Shown here: one piece after another, positions 21,025 through 30,497 of the stretch
How positions within the stretch are numbered: the first letter of the stretch is position 1
How the letters are laid out: the number at the start of each line of letters is the position of its first letter
Notes under the pieces: generated by a model
The model's input: only the letters and a program-made list of their open reading frames with translations
Databases searched by the model: none
What the model was told of the DNA's origin: nothing
Made by a program: the position numbers and the translations under genes
Assembly: GCA_963742005.1 (NCBI GenBank)
Contig: CAVUKG010000021.1
Span: 46,598 to 110,597 of the forward strand
Length of the DNA stretch: 64,000 nucleotides
Reading direction: 5' to 3'
Origin: an uncultured Gammaproteobacteria bacterium
GTDB lineage: Bacteria > Pseudomonadota > Gammaproteobacteria > Enterobacterales > Enterobacteriaceae

Positions 21025-24000
21025 TGCTGAAACGTCTGTTAAGTAAACTGACGGGAAACCGTCAGCAGATAGAACGCCACCTGAAGAATCAGTACCAGGC
21101 TGAAGAAAACGGGCTCAGCTTCCCTCAATCTTTGGTGGATGATCCCGAACTTTGGGCGCTGGCATCCTGGCTTGAGCAACTGGCTGAAGAAGACTATCTG
21201 ATATCACTCACAGACCGATGGTTGCTAAGCTGGGAGGCGTTGTATCGCCTGCTGGAAGATGAAGAACACTCCAGCAGTCTGCCTCTTATTGGCGTCCCAG
21301 AGATATTACCATTACATGCAAGCCTGAGCTCCCGAGGGGCATTAAACGATGGCGATTTTCGTGTCTGGATTTCTGATTGGTCTTCGATACCTTCCCGCCA
21401 GTCGATTCGTTTCAGTCGTACCGGCGCTATTTTTACTTATGAAAATCAACAGCACCTGTTATCGCGGGAAAACTGGTTACTCTTACAAGCATTAGAGCAG
21501 CTTAGTACTCAGCAAATACAGACGCCTAGCGAAACCACTAACCAGCTGGGATGGGCCGTTATTCGCAAATGTGCAAAACAAGCTTCCGCAAAATTTGATG
21601 ACTACTTAGAAAAGACGCACGTTATCAGACCGACGTCGTTGTCATTACGCTTGCGTAAGGCAACGGTTGCTGATACTGCCGTTATCGAGATTGAACCACA
21701 CTTTGAGGACCAGCCCGCTAACTGGCTCGGCAGTTTCGACAAGAACTCACAGGTCCACGATAGTTATCGCATACCCGGAGAGAACGGTGAACTCAGCCAT
21801 GTCATCATACCTCCCGAAGTGAAAGAAGTTCTGAATTCAATTCACTCAATCCCAGGCCGTCGGGTGGCGGGAAGTGAAGCACTTTCCTTTGTTCGCAATC
21901 CCTATACTTTCCTGGGTGAAGATGCAGCCAGTGTTATTGCACCTGAGAAACACGAACAGGCACTGTTTGATGCCCATATTTTCTTTCATCATTTTAGGCT
22001 TCAACCCCAAATCAATGATGAGAATAAGATAGAGAGTATTACGCTGGTTCTAGAGCCTGTCTCTCCGATGCCACAACCGGAGGTGTCATTCCTCTTCTCT
22101 GCGCCATGGGAACTGGAAAAATTTGTTCAGGCCGTAGGTATCAGCGTTGCCGCGCAAATGCCTGCAGGTTCCTGGCAGGGATACGAGCTGGAACTGAGCC
22201 AATTCACGGAACAGCAATGGCGTGATTGCCAGTCGCTGTTGTTGCGTTGGCAACAGGAAGTCGAGGGTAAAGAGTTTAACGATGTCCTGGATCTGAGCAA
22301 ATATGGCGATCGCGTCATCGGTATTGGTGAGTTCGAAAAAATATCCTCGCCCTGGCTGACCAAGGCAAAAAGTGAAGACTGGCTCCCTGATGACATCGAC
22401 TTCTCCGCATTTTCGGTTGAGACGCTAACGGGCTGGCAACCTGATAACCTGCAGCATTTCGATGAACTGCAGGAGAGAATCACCCAGGCAGAAGCAACTG
22501 GCGAAACACATATCATCTCCCCCTGGAATGAGACTGAACTGCCACTGGATGCGGCGAAAACCTTCAGTAAGAACTGGGAAAAACAGCAAAATGCAGCACA
22601 TGAATCAGGGGGCAATGTTGTTGAAAAAGCAGTCCGGGCAGTGCTCAAAATTGAACAGAATATTGAAGAAGCGGTTTACATTAAACAGCGCCGAAATTCA
22701 CTCCTGAATGCACGCCATGCTGAACCTGAAATTCCACTGAGCCTGAAAGAGCACATCCAGCTCAAAGATCATCAGCGTGAAGGCGTGGCCTGGCTTCAAC
22801 AGCTTTTCCTTCGTTCACCTAAGGAAACTGCAGGTTGCCTGCTCGCGGATGATATGGGGCTGGGGAAAACGCTGCAGATCCTGAGCTTCCTGGTCTGGTT
22901 CATTGAAAAATTCCCTGACGAGCCACCAAGCCTCATCGTTGCCCCCGTCTCTCTTTTGGATAACTGGGAGCGTGAACTCGACAATTTCTTCTACACCTCC
23001 GGGATTTCGGTGATGAAATTGTATGGCGACACTATTAAAGCGGTGAAATACCCAAAACAGGCTATTCCTGCTCATCTTCAATCTCAGGGGATCAAAAATC
23101 TGCTTAAACCAGGCTGGCAGGGTGAGGCGAAAATCATTCTGACAACCTACGAAACGCTTCGCGATCAGGAGTTCTCACTGGCGCGCCAACCATGGTCCAT
23201 CATGGTCTGCGACGAGGCACAAAAAATAAAGAACCCGGCGGCATTAATCACTCATGCAGCCAATGCGATACAAGCAAGATTCAAAGTGGCATGTACCGGC
23301 ACGCCTGTCGAAAACACGCTTGTAGACCTGTGGAGCCTCTTTGATTTCGCACAGCCGGGTCTGTTAGGCGCACTCAATGAATTTGGCAAACACTATGTTC
23401 GCCCTATAGAGAACGAAGCGGGTCGGGATACAGGGCAGCTTGAAAGTTTACGAGCGTTGATTGAACCACAAACATTACGCCGGACTAAAGAAGAGGTTGC
23501 GCGTGATTTGCCGCAAAAAATCGAAGTCGTCAGCTGTAAACAACTGCCGCTTTCTGGCCCTCAAAAGCAACTGTATCTTTCTTCGATAGCGAACTGGCAA
23601 CAACAGCAGGCACTTAGTGAAGGAATGCAGCAAGCAGGCGCGGGGATGTTGGGGTTATTACATCGTCTTAAACTCATTTGTGCGCACCCAGCAGTCGTTA
23701 ACCCGGAGCCTCGCTATCGGGAAGGGTCGCCAAAGCTGAACTGGATGTTGAAAACGTTGGATGAAATTAAGCACACCAGCAAAGATAAAGTAATCATCTT
23801 TACTGAGCTGCGCGATCTCCAGCGCGAGATACAGCATGCTATTCAACAGCGATTCGGTTTTCGTCCGGTGATCATCAACGGCGACACCAGCACTAAAAGT
23901 CAGAGCCAGAATAGCCGCCAGCGATTGATTGACGATTTCCAGTCCCAACCCGGCTTTGGCGTGATTATTCTCTCCACCGTCGCAGTTGGATTTGGAGTTA

Positions 24001-24266
24001 ACGTGCAGAAAGCAAACCACGTTATTCATTTCACCCGCTGTTGGAATCCGGCAAAAGAAGATCAGGCAACCGACCGCGCTTACCGTATCGGCCAGACAAA
24101 GGATGTGTATGTGTACTATCCAACGGTGATGGACTCTGAAATCACGACGTTTGAAGAAACGCTAGACGAACTCCTTCAGCGTCGCCGGGCATTGGCGAGG
24201 GATATGTTGTGCTCTGCACCGGATCTAAGCAGTGCTGATTTTGAGAACATTTTAAAAGGGACGTAA
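21024..24266 (+). CDS. zorD: Zorya ZorD (Snf2-family helicase/ATPase effector), 1080 aa
   Basis: LADDMGLGKT, DEAQKIKN, TGTPVEN and WNPAKEDQATDRAYRIGQ motifs; TAATG coupling to zorC. Confidence 0.95.
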   Translation: MLKRLLSKLTGNRQQIERHLKNQYQAEENGLSFPQSLVDDPELWALASWLEQLAEEDYLISLTDRWLLSWEALYRLLEDEEHSSSLPLIGVPEILPLHASLSSRGALNDGDFRVWISDWSSIPSRQSIRFSRTGAIFTYENQQHLLSRENWLLLQALEQLSTQQIQTPSETTNQLGWAVIRKCAKQASAKFDDYLEKTHVIRPTSLSLRLRKATVADTAVIEIEPHFEDQPANWLGSFDKNSQVHDSYRIPGENGELSHVIIPPEVKEVLNSIHSIPGRRVAGSEALSFVRNPYTFLGEDAASVIAPEKHEQALFDAHIFFHHFRLQPQINDENKIESITLVLEPVSPMPQPEVSFLFSAPWELEKFVQAVGISVAAQMPAGSWQGYELELSQFTEQQWRDCQSLLLRWQQEVEGKEFNDVLDLSKYGDRVIGIGEFEKISSPWLTKAKSEDWLPDDIDFSAFSVETLTGWQPDNLQHFDELQERITQAEATGETHIISPWNETELPLDAAKTFSKNWEKQQNAAHESGGNVVEKAVRAVLKIEQNIEEAVYIKQRRNSLLNARHAEPEIPLSLKEHIQLKDHQREGVAWLQQLFLRSPKETAGCLLADDMGLGKTLQILSFLVWFIEKFPDEPPSLIVAPVSLLDNWERELDNFFYTSGISVMKLYGDTIKAVKYPKQAIPAHLQSQGIKNLLKPGWQGEAKIILTTYETLRDQEFSLARQPWSIMVCDEAQKIKNPAALITHAANAIQARFKVACTGTPVENTLVDLWSLFDFAQPGLLGALNEFGKHYVRPIENEAGRDTGQLESLRALIEPQTLRRTKEEVARDLPQKIEVVSCKQLPLSGPQKQLYLSSIANWQQQQALSEGMQQAGAGMLGLLHRLKLICAHPAVVNPEPRYREGSPKLNWMLKTLDEIKHTSKDKVIIFTELRDLQREIQHAIQQRFGFRPVIINGDTSTKSQSQNSRQRLIDDFQSQPGFGVIILSTVAVGFGVNVQKANHVIHFTRCWNPAKEDQATDRAYRIGQTKDVYVYYPTVMDSEITTFEETLDELLQRRRALARDMLCSAPDLSSADFENILKGT

Positions 24267-24364
24267 GCGCTCGATTTTCGCACTACCAAAAGATGCTTAG
24301 GGCCATTTCAAAGCCAATACCTGCTGCTGACCACCTCAATAAGAGGTGGTGTTAATCCAGGGAT

Positions 24365-24387
24365 AAAAAACCCGCCGCAGCGGGTTT
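24365..24387. terminator. terminator-like hairpin downstream of zorD
   Basis: aaaaaacccgc-cgca-gcgggttt; the longer U-tract is on the minus strand. Confidence 0.6.
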
Positions 24388-24816
24388 GAGGTTTACCAGT
24401 AATATTCCAACGGCCGATTATTCGGCAACCAAAGCAGACTATCAGGATCTGCGCCAGTTACTACAGCATGCGCCAAGGCGCGATCATCAGCCCGACGTCG
24501 TCGGGTCGTATATAGGTTGTTCCAGTAACCCGGATTTTTTGCTGTAGTTTACTCGGGGCTCATTGCTCCTTCTTATGAGTTCCGAATGGGTAATCGGGCG
24601 AAAATTAATCATAATTGTTCTTCTCGCTTGGCAAACATGCCACTAGCCTTCGCTATTGACTCAACCAGCGCAGCAATTGACGGTTCATAGGCCATTCCGC
24701 CGCTTTCAGATGAGTGATCAGCTCACGCTTAAAGGCAAAAGGAGATAATATACGGGCCAGAAACCGCAGCATACGGGCTTTGAGTTAATTTCGGTAGACT
24801 TGGGAAGAGTTTGAAA

Positions 24817-24865
24817 TGGTGCCGATAATAGGAGTCCAATCTACGACCTTCGCATCATGAATGCG
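24817..24865 (-). pseudogene. degenerate 3' fragment of tRNA-Thr(CGT) (thrW-like); relic att site
   Basis: Reverse complement cgcattcatgatgcgaaggtcgtagattggactcctattatcggcacca matches the anticodon-arm-to-CCA part of thrW as recalled, with 4 mismatches; 5' half absent. Confidence 0.8.
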
Positions 24866-24878
24866 AGCCAACTCCAAA

Positions 24879-24942
24879 ATGAGTACAGTTATGAGTACAA
24901 ATAAAATAAAAAATAAAATTAAATATAAAAATCAATGATATA
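24879..24942 (+). promoter_or_regulatory. putative integrase arm-type repeats and IHF-like site of the right att junction
   Basis: atgagtaca twice (24879-24887, 24891-24899), AT-rich spacer, aatcaatgatata (WATCAA-N4-TTR-like) just before the core. Confidence 0.45.
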
Positions 24943-24956
24943 AAATATAAATCACG

Positions 24957-25114
24957 GTTCAACGTCTAAATCTGTTTGTGGGTCTGGTGAGGTTTGATTA
25001 AATCTCATGAAGGCTACTAACCCTATAAGATCCACGCCATTGCGTGGATTTTTTATTTTGGAGTGTCACTATCCTGCCTTTAGTACTTCAGACTTTTTGA
25101 GACCATCGGATTTT
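24957..25114 (+). repeat. right copy (attR-like) of the 158-bp direct repeat
   Basis: Matches 6552-6709 with 6 mismatches. Confidence 0.92.
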
Positions 25115-25196
25115 CAGCCTTTAGCCTACACTTGACCCTATCCCAAAATCCTGCGCCATTAAGATACAGAGCGGGTAATCCCCCTTTAATTTATAA

Positions 25197-26033
25197 TTAG
25201 CGCGTTTCCAAGCGCATTTTGCCTTGCGGTGGTGGAAACGCGGCGTCAATAGCCGCCAGATCCTCATTGCTCAAGGTGAAGGCCAGAACGGCTGCGTTCT
25301 GACGGATATGGGCGGCCTCTCCGGATTCGGGTATCGCAATAGTTTGGCCACTGCGAATGGACCAGGCTAAAAGGACCGTTGCTGGACTTGTCTGCCGCTT
25401 TGCCGCGATTTGGGTTATTACCGGATGGCTCATGAGATGCGTACCGCTACCACCCAGCGGTGAGTAGGCCATGAGCGGAATGTTATGCTGATGACACCAC
25501 GGCATCAAATCGTATTCAATGCCACGACTTCCCACGTTATAGAACACCTGATTAGTGGCACAATGCTCACCATTTTCTACAGCCATCAGGTCTTCCATAT
25601 CCGCCGTATCGAAATTAGATACCCCCCAGGCTTTTATCTTCCCCTGTGCTTTAAGTTTCTCAAACCCGCGAACAGCTTCGCCTAACAGGCTCCCGAACCG
25701 CCAATGAAGAAGATAGAGATCCAGTGCATCAGTTTGCAGTCTCTTGAGGCTGTTATTACAGCTTCGTTCCATCATCAACCTGTTGGCATTCCAGGGATAT
25801 ATTTTGGATACCAGATAGACTTGATGTCTGATGCCCGTTAAGGCTTTTCCAATCAGTGTCTCTGACCGTCCTCGGCCATACATCTGTGCAGTATCAATTA
25901 CATGCAAGCCAAGGGAAACACCGGTGCGCAGGGCTTTTATTTCTTCGGCCTCAGTGTAACGCCCTTGTCCCAGATGCCAGCTGCCCATTCCCACCGGGAC
26001 AACGGGCTGACCACTAATGATGACAGTTTTCAT
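25197..26033 (-). CDS. aldo/keto reductase
   Basis: IDTAQMYG, LVSK, DLYLLHW, WGVSNF and MAYSPLG motifs; likely start MKTVIISGQ at 26033. Confidence 0.93.
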   Translation of the reverse strand: MKTVIISGQPVVPVGMGSWHLGQGRYTEAEEIKALRTGVSLGLHVIDTAQMYGRGRSETLIGKALTGIRHQVYLVSKIYPWNANRLMMERSCNNSLKRLQTDALDLYLLHWRFGSLLGEAVRGFEKLKAQGKIKAWGVSNFDTADMEDLMAVENGEHCATNQVFYNVGSRGIEYDLMPWCHQHNIPLMAYSPLGGSGTHLMSHPVITQIAAKRQTSPATVLLAWSIRSGQTIAIPESGEAAHIRQNAAVLAFTLSNEDLAAIDAAFPPPQGKMRLETR

Positions 26034-26157
26034 ACTTGCTCTCTTGCAAAGGATTGATGATGGGACTGAAAAATCAGCGTGGGACAAAGCGGTGAACTGA
26101 TGGCTGGGTTCCGTTTTCGGGGCGCCAAAAAAGAACCCTGCCGTTAGAATTTAAATC

Positions 26158-26679
26158 TTATTCAAAATCAGCTTTAAATTTGTTAACCGCATCCAGCGCA
26201 CATTTTTCATCTTTATCTCCCCCAGGCGCACCTGAAACCCCTAGCCCGCCTAATACGGTCCCATCTTGTTTTCGCAATGTGACTCCACCGGCAACGAAGA
26301 TGATTTCCGGCTCGGTCGCCAGCACGGCACCTTCTTGTGGACCGGCAAGTTTGGACTCAACCAACTCACTGGTGCTGTTTTTGTGGAAAGTTCGGCCATA
26401 GGAAAACGCGGTATAGGCTTTTCTGTAAGATACCGACAATGTTTGCAGGGGGGCATTGCTGCTGCGTATCACCGACTGCTGTTGGCCAGCAGGATCGACA
26501 ACCGTTGCGGTCACCTCGTAGCCTGCATTCAGGCAATTTTGCACGGCGGCACTGGCCAGTTTCTCCGAAGTCTGCCAGTCAAGTTTCTGTGTAGATACCA
26601 GATGTGTTGCCGAAAGAGCAGAAAAGGATGCCGTGAGGGCAGTTACGGAAAGAATGATCTTTAATAACTGATTTTGCAT
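26158..26679 (-). CDS. exported GlcG/HbpS-family heme-binding protein
   Basis: Signal peptide; VVDPAG, RKAYTA and GGLGVSGAPGGDKDEKCA motifs. Confidence 0.88.
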   Translation of the reverse strand: MQNQLLKIILSVTALTASFSALSATHLVSTQKLDWQTSEKLASAAVQNCLNAGYEVTATVVDPAGQQQSVIRSSNAPLQTLSVSYRKAYTAFSYGRTFHKNSTSELVESKLAGPQEGAVLATEPEIIFVAGGVTLRKQDGTVLGGLGVSGAPGGDKDEKCALDAVNKFKADFE

Positions 26680-26762
26680 ATTAGCTCCTGCTTATAACTT
26701 AAGGTCGAACGAGGATTAACTTAGTGCCGATGGCAGCCCACCGACACTACATTCCGAGGACA

Positions 26763-28343
26763 CTACTTACAGACGAAACTGTTAGCTTCAGTGATACTAC
26801 CGTTACCCTTATAAATGGCCTGAGTAGGCCAGGCACACAGTGGGCGACTATTAACTACCTGATTATTTTCTATTTTATAAGCCATGACCTGGGTTGGCGC
26901 TCTCCCCTGCTCCACCCACGGCACCAGGGCATCAAGCCCCTGAATGGTATCGGGGCCAGCGCCACCGCGACAGTGTTGAACACCTGGTGCCATATACAAA
27001 CGAGCAAAACTTTCTGTTTGCTTTAGCCCGCCCATTTTGCCGCCCACATTTTTATAGTAGTGCACCGTGCCGCGCGGGAAGATCAGCTGATCGCTCCAGC
27101 CATGCCAGATAATCAATTTGCCCCCCGCTTTTTTGAATGCCTTGAGGTTAGGGTCGTCGGTGGCAATTATCGGGCCATACTGCTTTTCTGACTGTAACAG
27201 CAGTTTGTTGTAATCTTCATAGCTCAGATTTTTCCAGTCCCAGCCTGGATTTTGCTGCAACCAGGTTCCCAAATAATCAGTTGAGATCTGGAACGCGTTG
27301 CTAGCAAGCATGAACGGTGCGCCAGGCTCCAGTCCGTACCACAGTGACTTACCGTCTTTTGATTGCGGACCGGCCCAGATTTTGCGGATGGCGGCGATCT
27401 CACGCGGGCTAAGTCCGGCACTGGCCAATACCTGGTCATCAACCTTTATGTTTGACGGATCGCGAATAACCCGATCTTTTACGCCGTCTACAGCGTCGTA
27501 TTTGGCAACGATCGCTTCATTAACTTTGTCGAGCTTGTCTTCGCTGATACTGCCGCTCAGTTCTCTTTGCATCACCAGGATGGGCCATAGCTCGGCGACA
27601 ATAAAGCGATCCCAGTTGATAGCAGGCGCACCTACAAATATGCCGTTGAAATCATTAGGGAAGCGCTGAGCCTCCATCAGTCCCTGGCGACCGCCGGTGG
27701 AACAACCGTTCCAGTAGGAGTATTTTGCCGGTTGCTGGTAATAAGAGGATATCAGTGCCTTGGATTTAACCGTCATTTCATGCACTGCACGCCAGGCGAA
27801 GTCCTGTACCTGCTGTTGGTTAATCGTATGATCTTTATTAAGAACGAATTTTCCATCGAGTGAGGAGCCGACGTGCCCCGTATTGGTAGAGGCACTGGCA
27901 TAACCTTGTTTGATGGCATTTGCTAACGCGTCATAAGCAATAAATCCGGCATAACCGCCCCCGCCCACCGCCTGAAAACGATGATTCCAGTTCGCGACTG
28001 GCAACCAGACTTCAACTTTGATTTCGGGTTTGATAGTCATTGATACACGACAGAATTTCGGTAGTCCGGTGACAGAACCTGATTTCGCACCGCGCAATAC
28101 GTCGGCATTTTTTGTCTCGGGGGTGAAAACACCCTCATGAATATCAGCCGAGTTGATAGTGGCGTCAGTAAGACTGATATTTTTAAGGTTCAGGCAGTTT
28201 GTCCGATCGCTATCGAGCGCCGATGAGGATCCGGCAGCCTGCGAAAAGAGGGGGAATGTACCTACTACTCCAGCAATAAAGGTGGCCACTAATGGCAGTG
28301 ATGTAATGTTAAATCGGTAAGTCTTATGCGTTTTTTTCGGCAT
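26763..28343 (-). CDS. secreted tannase/feruloyl esterase family alpha/beta hydrolase
   Basis: Signal peptide; GCSTGGRQG nucleophile, HGWSD acid, PGVQHCRGG (CS-D-HC motif). Confidence 0.92.
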   Translation of the reverse strand: MPKKTHKTYRFNITSLPLVATFIAGVVGTFPLFSQAAGSSSALDSDRTNCLNLKNISLTDATINSADIHEGVFTPETKNADVLRGAKSGSVTGLPKFCRVSMTIKPEIKVEVWLPVANWNHRFQAVGGGGYAGFIAYDALANAIKQGYASASTNTGHVGSSLDGKFVLNKDHTINQQQVQDFAWRAVHEMTVKSKALISSYYQQPAKYSYWNGCSTGGRQGLMEAQRFPNDFNGIFVGAPAINWDRFIVAELWPILVMQRELSGSISEDKLDKVNEAIVAKYDAVDGVKDRVIRDPSNIKVDDQVLASAGLSPREIAAIRKIWAGPQSKDGKSLWYGLEPGAPFMLASNAFQISTDYLGTWLQQNPGWDWKNLSYEDYNKLLLQSEKQYGPIIATDDPNLKAFKKAGGKLIIWHGWSDQLIFPRGTVHYYKNVGGKMGGLKQTESFARLYMAPGVQHCRGGAGPDTIQGLDALVPWVEQGRAPTQVMAYKIENNQVVNSRPLCAWPTQAIYKGNGSITEANSFVCK

Positions 28344-28835
28344 TTTAAGTATATTCCTGAGGTAAAAAATACTGGCAAGTAGTGCAAAAGACCTTAGAAC
28401 CTACCGATATTTTCCATATAACTTTAAACACCAAATGCTAATTAATATTTTTTATATTGTTGGAAAAAATATAAAAAACGACTATGTCGGCTTTTTTAAA
28501 ATTAACTTTGCTGTAGATATTCTGTCGATAATTGCTTTACCGGCGGGCAACCACAGCGATGGGGGAGAAAGCGCCTGGAGGGATCACTCATTTAAAAAAT
28601 CATGGATATGGAAATCTAGTCGTCCGCAAACAGGGATAGTCACTTTCCCCTGTTGTCCTTCAAACACCCTGTGTGTTCTCAAGGTGGTATGGGTAAATAT
28701 CAGACATTGGTGGTTATGGAGATCTTTTGGGGCCTCCCGGTTTGGTGCTGATAACAAGTAGGACGGCGCGGCACAGGCCAGTAGCCGATAAGGTGCCAGG
28801 GATTTTGCTGGGATACTTACAGCAGCCCAATATCT

Positions 28836-29096
28836 GTGCCTTCAATCACCAACTCCATGTTGTCATCAGTCTCTCAGCATGATGCGGGAATGGCTTCTGG
28901 TTTGATGGCATCGGCTAGACAAATCGGCGGCATTATTGGTGTCGGTTTGTTTGGCGCGATGATTGCTCACCCTGACCTAAGCTCATTTACGTCAGGTATG
29001 GCGCACGGAATGTGGTTATCTGCGTGCTGTTTACTGCTGTGTATAGGCGTTAACACATGTGTATTACGCCGCAAGAAAGTTCAAGCGGAGACCTGA
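28836..29096 (+). pseudogene. C-terminal remnant of a DHA2-type MFS transporter
   Basis: P..TNSMLSSV...AGMASGL..SARQIGG.IGV.LFG motif; only the last ~3 TM segments are present. Confidence 0.7.
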
Positions 29097-29447
29097 CAGG
29101 CTTGGGCAGTAATCTACTCGCTGCCTAAAATATTTTGATGAAATACGTGAAAATTAGCTTTTTAAAACATAATTAATTTCAACGCCAACCAGCCGGTCGA
29201 AGTAATTATTACTTACGCCGGTGTAGAGGGTCAGGAACTTTCAGAACCCGATAAACCATAATTTACTAATTTTCTAAAAAAGCATGCCCTTATGACATGC
29301 TTTTTTATGAATCGAATACTCTCCACCCTGCATGGATAATGATGTATGGCATTAATGGTTAGTTTATATTCCACCCGCGTAGGAGGCCAGATAACCGTTA
29401 AGTCTGAATAAGCAAAAGGGCTCACGCCCTTTCTATATAATCATCAC

Positions 29448-29945
29448 TCACTTTGCTGCCGAGTTGAGTGCCTGTGTTAATGAAGAGGCCACGCCTTCTG
29501 CGGCTGCTTCATCTACATCGGAAGATGAACCCGCAACGCCGATCGCGCCCACGATCACCCCCTTAAGTAAGATAGGTATCCCCCCTTCAATGGGAACGGC
29601 CGACGGCAAGTCTAGATAAGAAGCGTGTCCTTTGGAAATTTCAAGCTCGATAAGCTTAGTGGCGATCCCGAACCGGGCAGCCGTTTTTGCTTTGCCGATA
29701 GAGGCATCTATCATTCCTGGCGCAACAGACTCTGGACGCTCGGCATAGAGTAAATTGCCTCCATCATCAACAACGGCTACAGAAAACTGATGCCCCTGCT
29801 CTTTAGCTTTGGCGTTAAACGACTCAAGTGATTTCTTCACTACGTCTAGGGTAATGATCGGTTTTTCAGCGGCAGAGGCATAACATCCGCTAAATAAAAT
29901 CGTTAAATTAAAGATTAAAACTGATAGAGAAAACACGCGCTTCAT
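29448..29945 (-). CDS. second exported GlcG/HbpS-family heme-binding protein
   Basis: Signal peptide; AVVDDGGNL, GKAKTA and GGIPI...GAIGVAG motifs. Confidence 0.88.
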   Translation of the reverse strand: MKRVFSLSVLIFNLTILFSGCYASAAEKPIITLDVVKKSLESFNAKAKEQGHQFSVAVVDDGGNLLYAERPESVAPGMIDASIGKAKTAARFGIATKLIELEISKGHASYLDLPSAVPIEGGIPILLKGVIVGAIGVAGSSSDVDEAAAEGVASSLTQALNSAAK

Positions 29946-29998
29946 ATTTGTTCCTTGGTTTTATCAAGCCGGGTAAATAGTGATTTATCTTTACTAGG

Positions 29999-30232
29999 TC
30001 AGGGATACTCCGCGAGTTCAGCATAATCGGCGAGACCCGCCTCATGTCGCAGTAACTGTCTTAGGGTGAAAGGCTCGTTAAGAATTTCCGTATCCAGTTC
30101 AATCAGTCTATCCCGCAGCAATGAGATAGCCGTCGCAGCCAGGACTGTTTTAGTAAAACTCCACCAAGGGACGATAAGTTGTCCCTGATGCGACGCTTGG
30201 ATCTTGCCATTTGATACTACAGTATTGAACAT
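29999..30232 (-). pseudogene. N-terminal fragment of a beta-lactamase-related serine hydrolase
   Basis: SxxK motif (WSFTK) and TLRQLLRHEAGL, then an early stop at 77 aa. Confidence 0.75.
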
Positions 30233-30497
30233 GGTGATCGCTCAACGTATTGAAAGGAGACAGTCCGACAAGTTATATCATGGTTGTGGTTTGAAACCAG
30301 TAGGATCGCTTGCTTTGAACGATCACTTTTGGCACAACCCTCATGGCGCAATGTTTCGAGGGCGGCAATGAGTGAAGAGTTTGCGTACGATTTTGTGAAA
30401 ATAAATAATTAATAAAAGGTAAGCATTACGTTTAAACATACCGTTACTGTTCATAATGCTTACACTTCAGAATACACAACTAAAAACCCTCCTGACC

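Larger units (their letters stand above)
6552..25114. mobile_element. genomic (defence) island integrated at the 3' end of ychF; no integrase visible
   Basis: Flanking direct repeats containing the ychF 3' end; cargo of R-M, Zorya, IS and gene remnants. Confidence 0.85.

Noticed and set aside
24400-24800. Possible integrase or phage gene remnant after zorD
   Set aside because: The minus-strand frames I translated gave no recognisable motif; needs BLASTX
24817-24865. Functional tRNA gene
   Set aside because: The 5' acceptor strand and D-arm are missing, and the T-loop and anticodon loop are mutated
28435-28761. 108-aa ORF
   Set aside because: No motif or clear RBS; overlaps the likely tannase promoter region
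29231-29425. HxlR-like regulator fragment (PPTRVEYKLT)
   Set aside because: Only a ~10-residue resemblance; too weak to call
30419-30463. 10-bp inverted repeat after the TPP gene
   Set aside because: 25-nt loop and AT-rich stem; cannot be supported as a terminator
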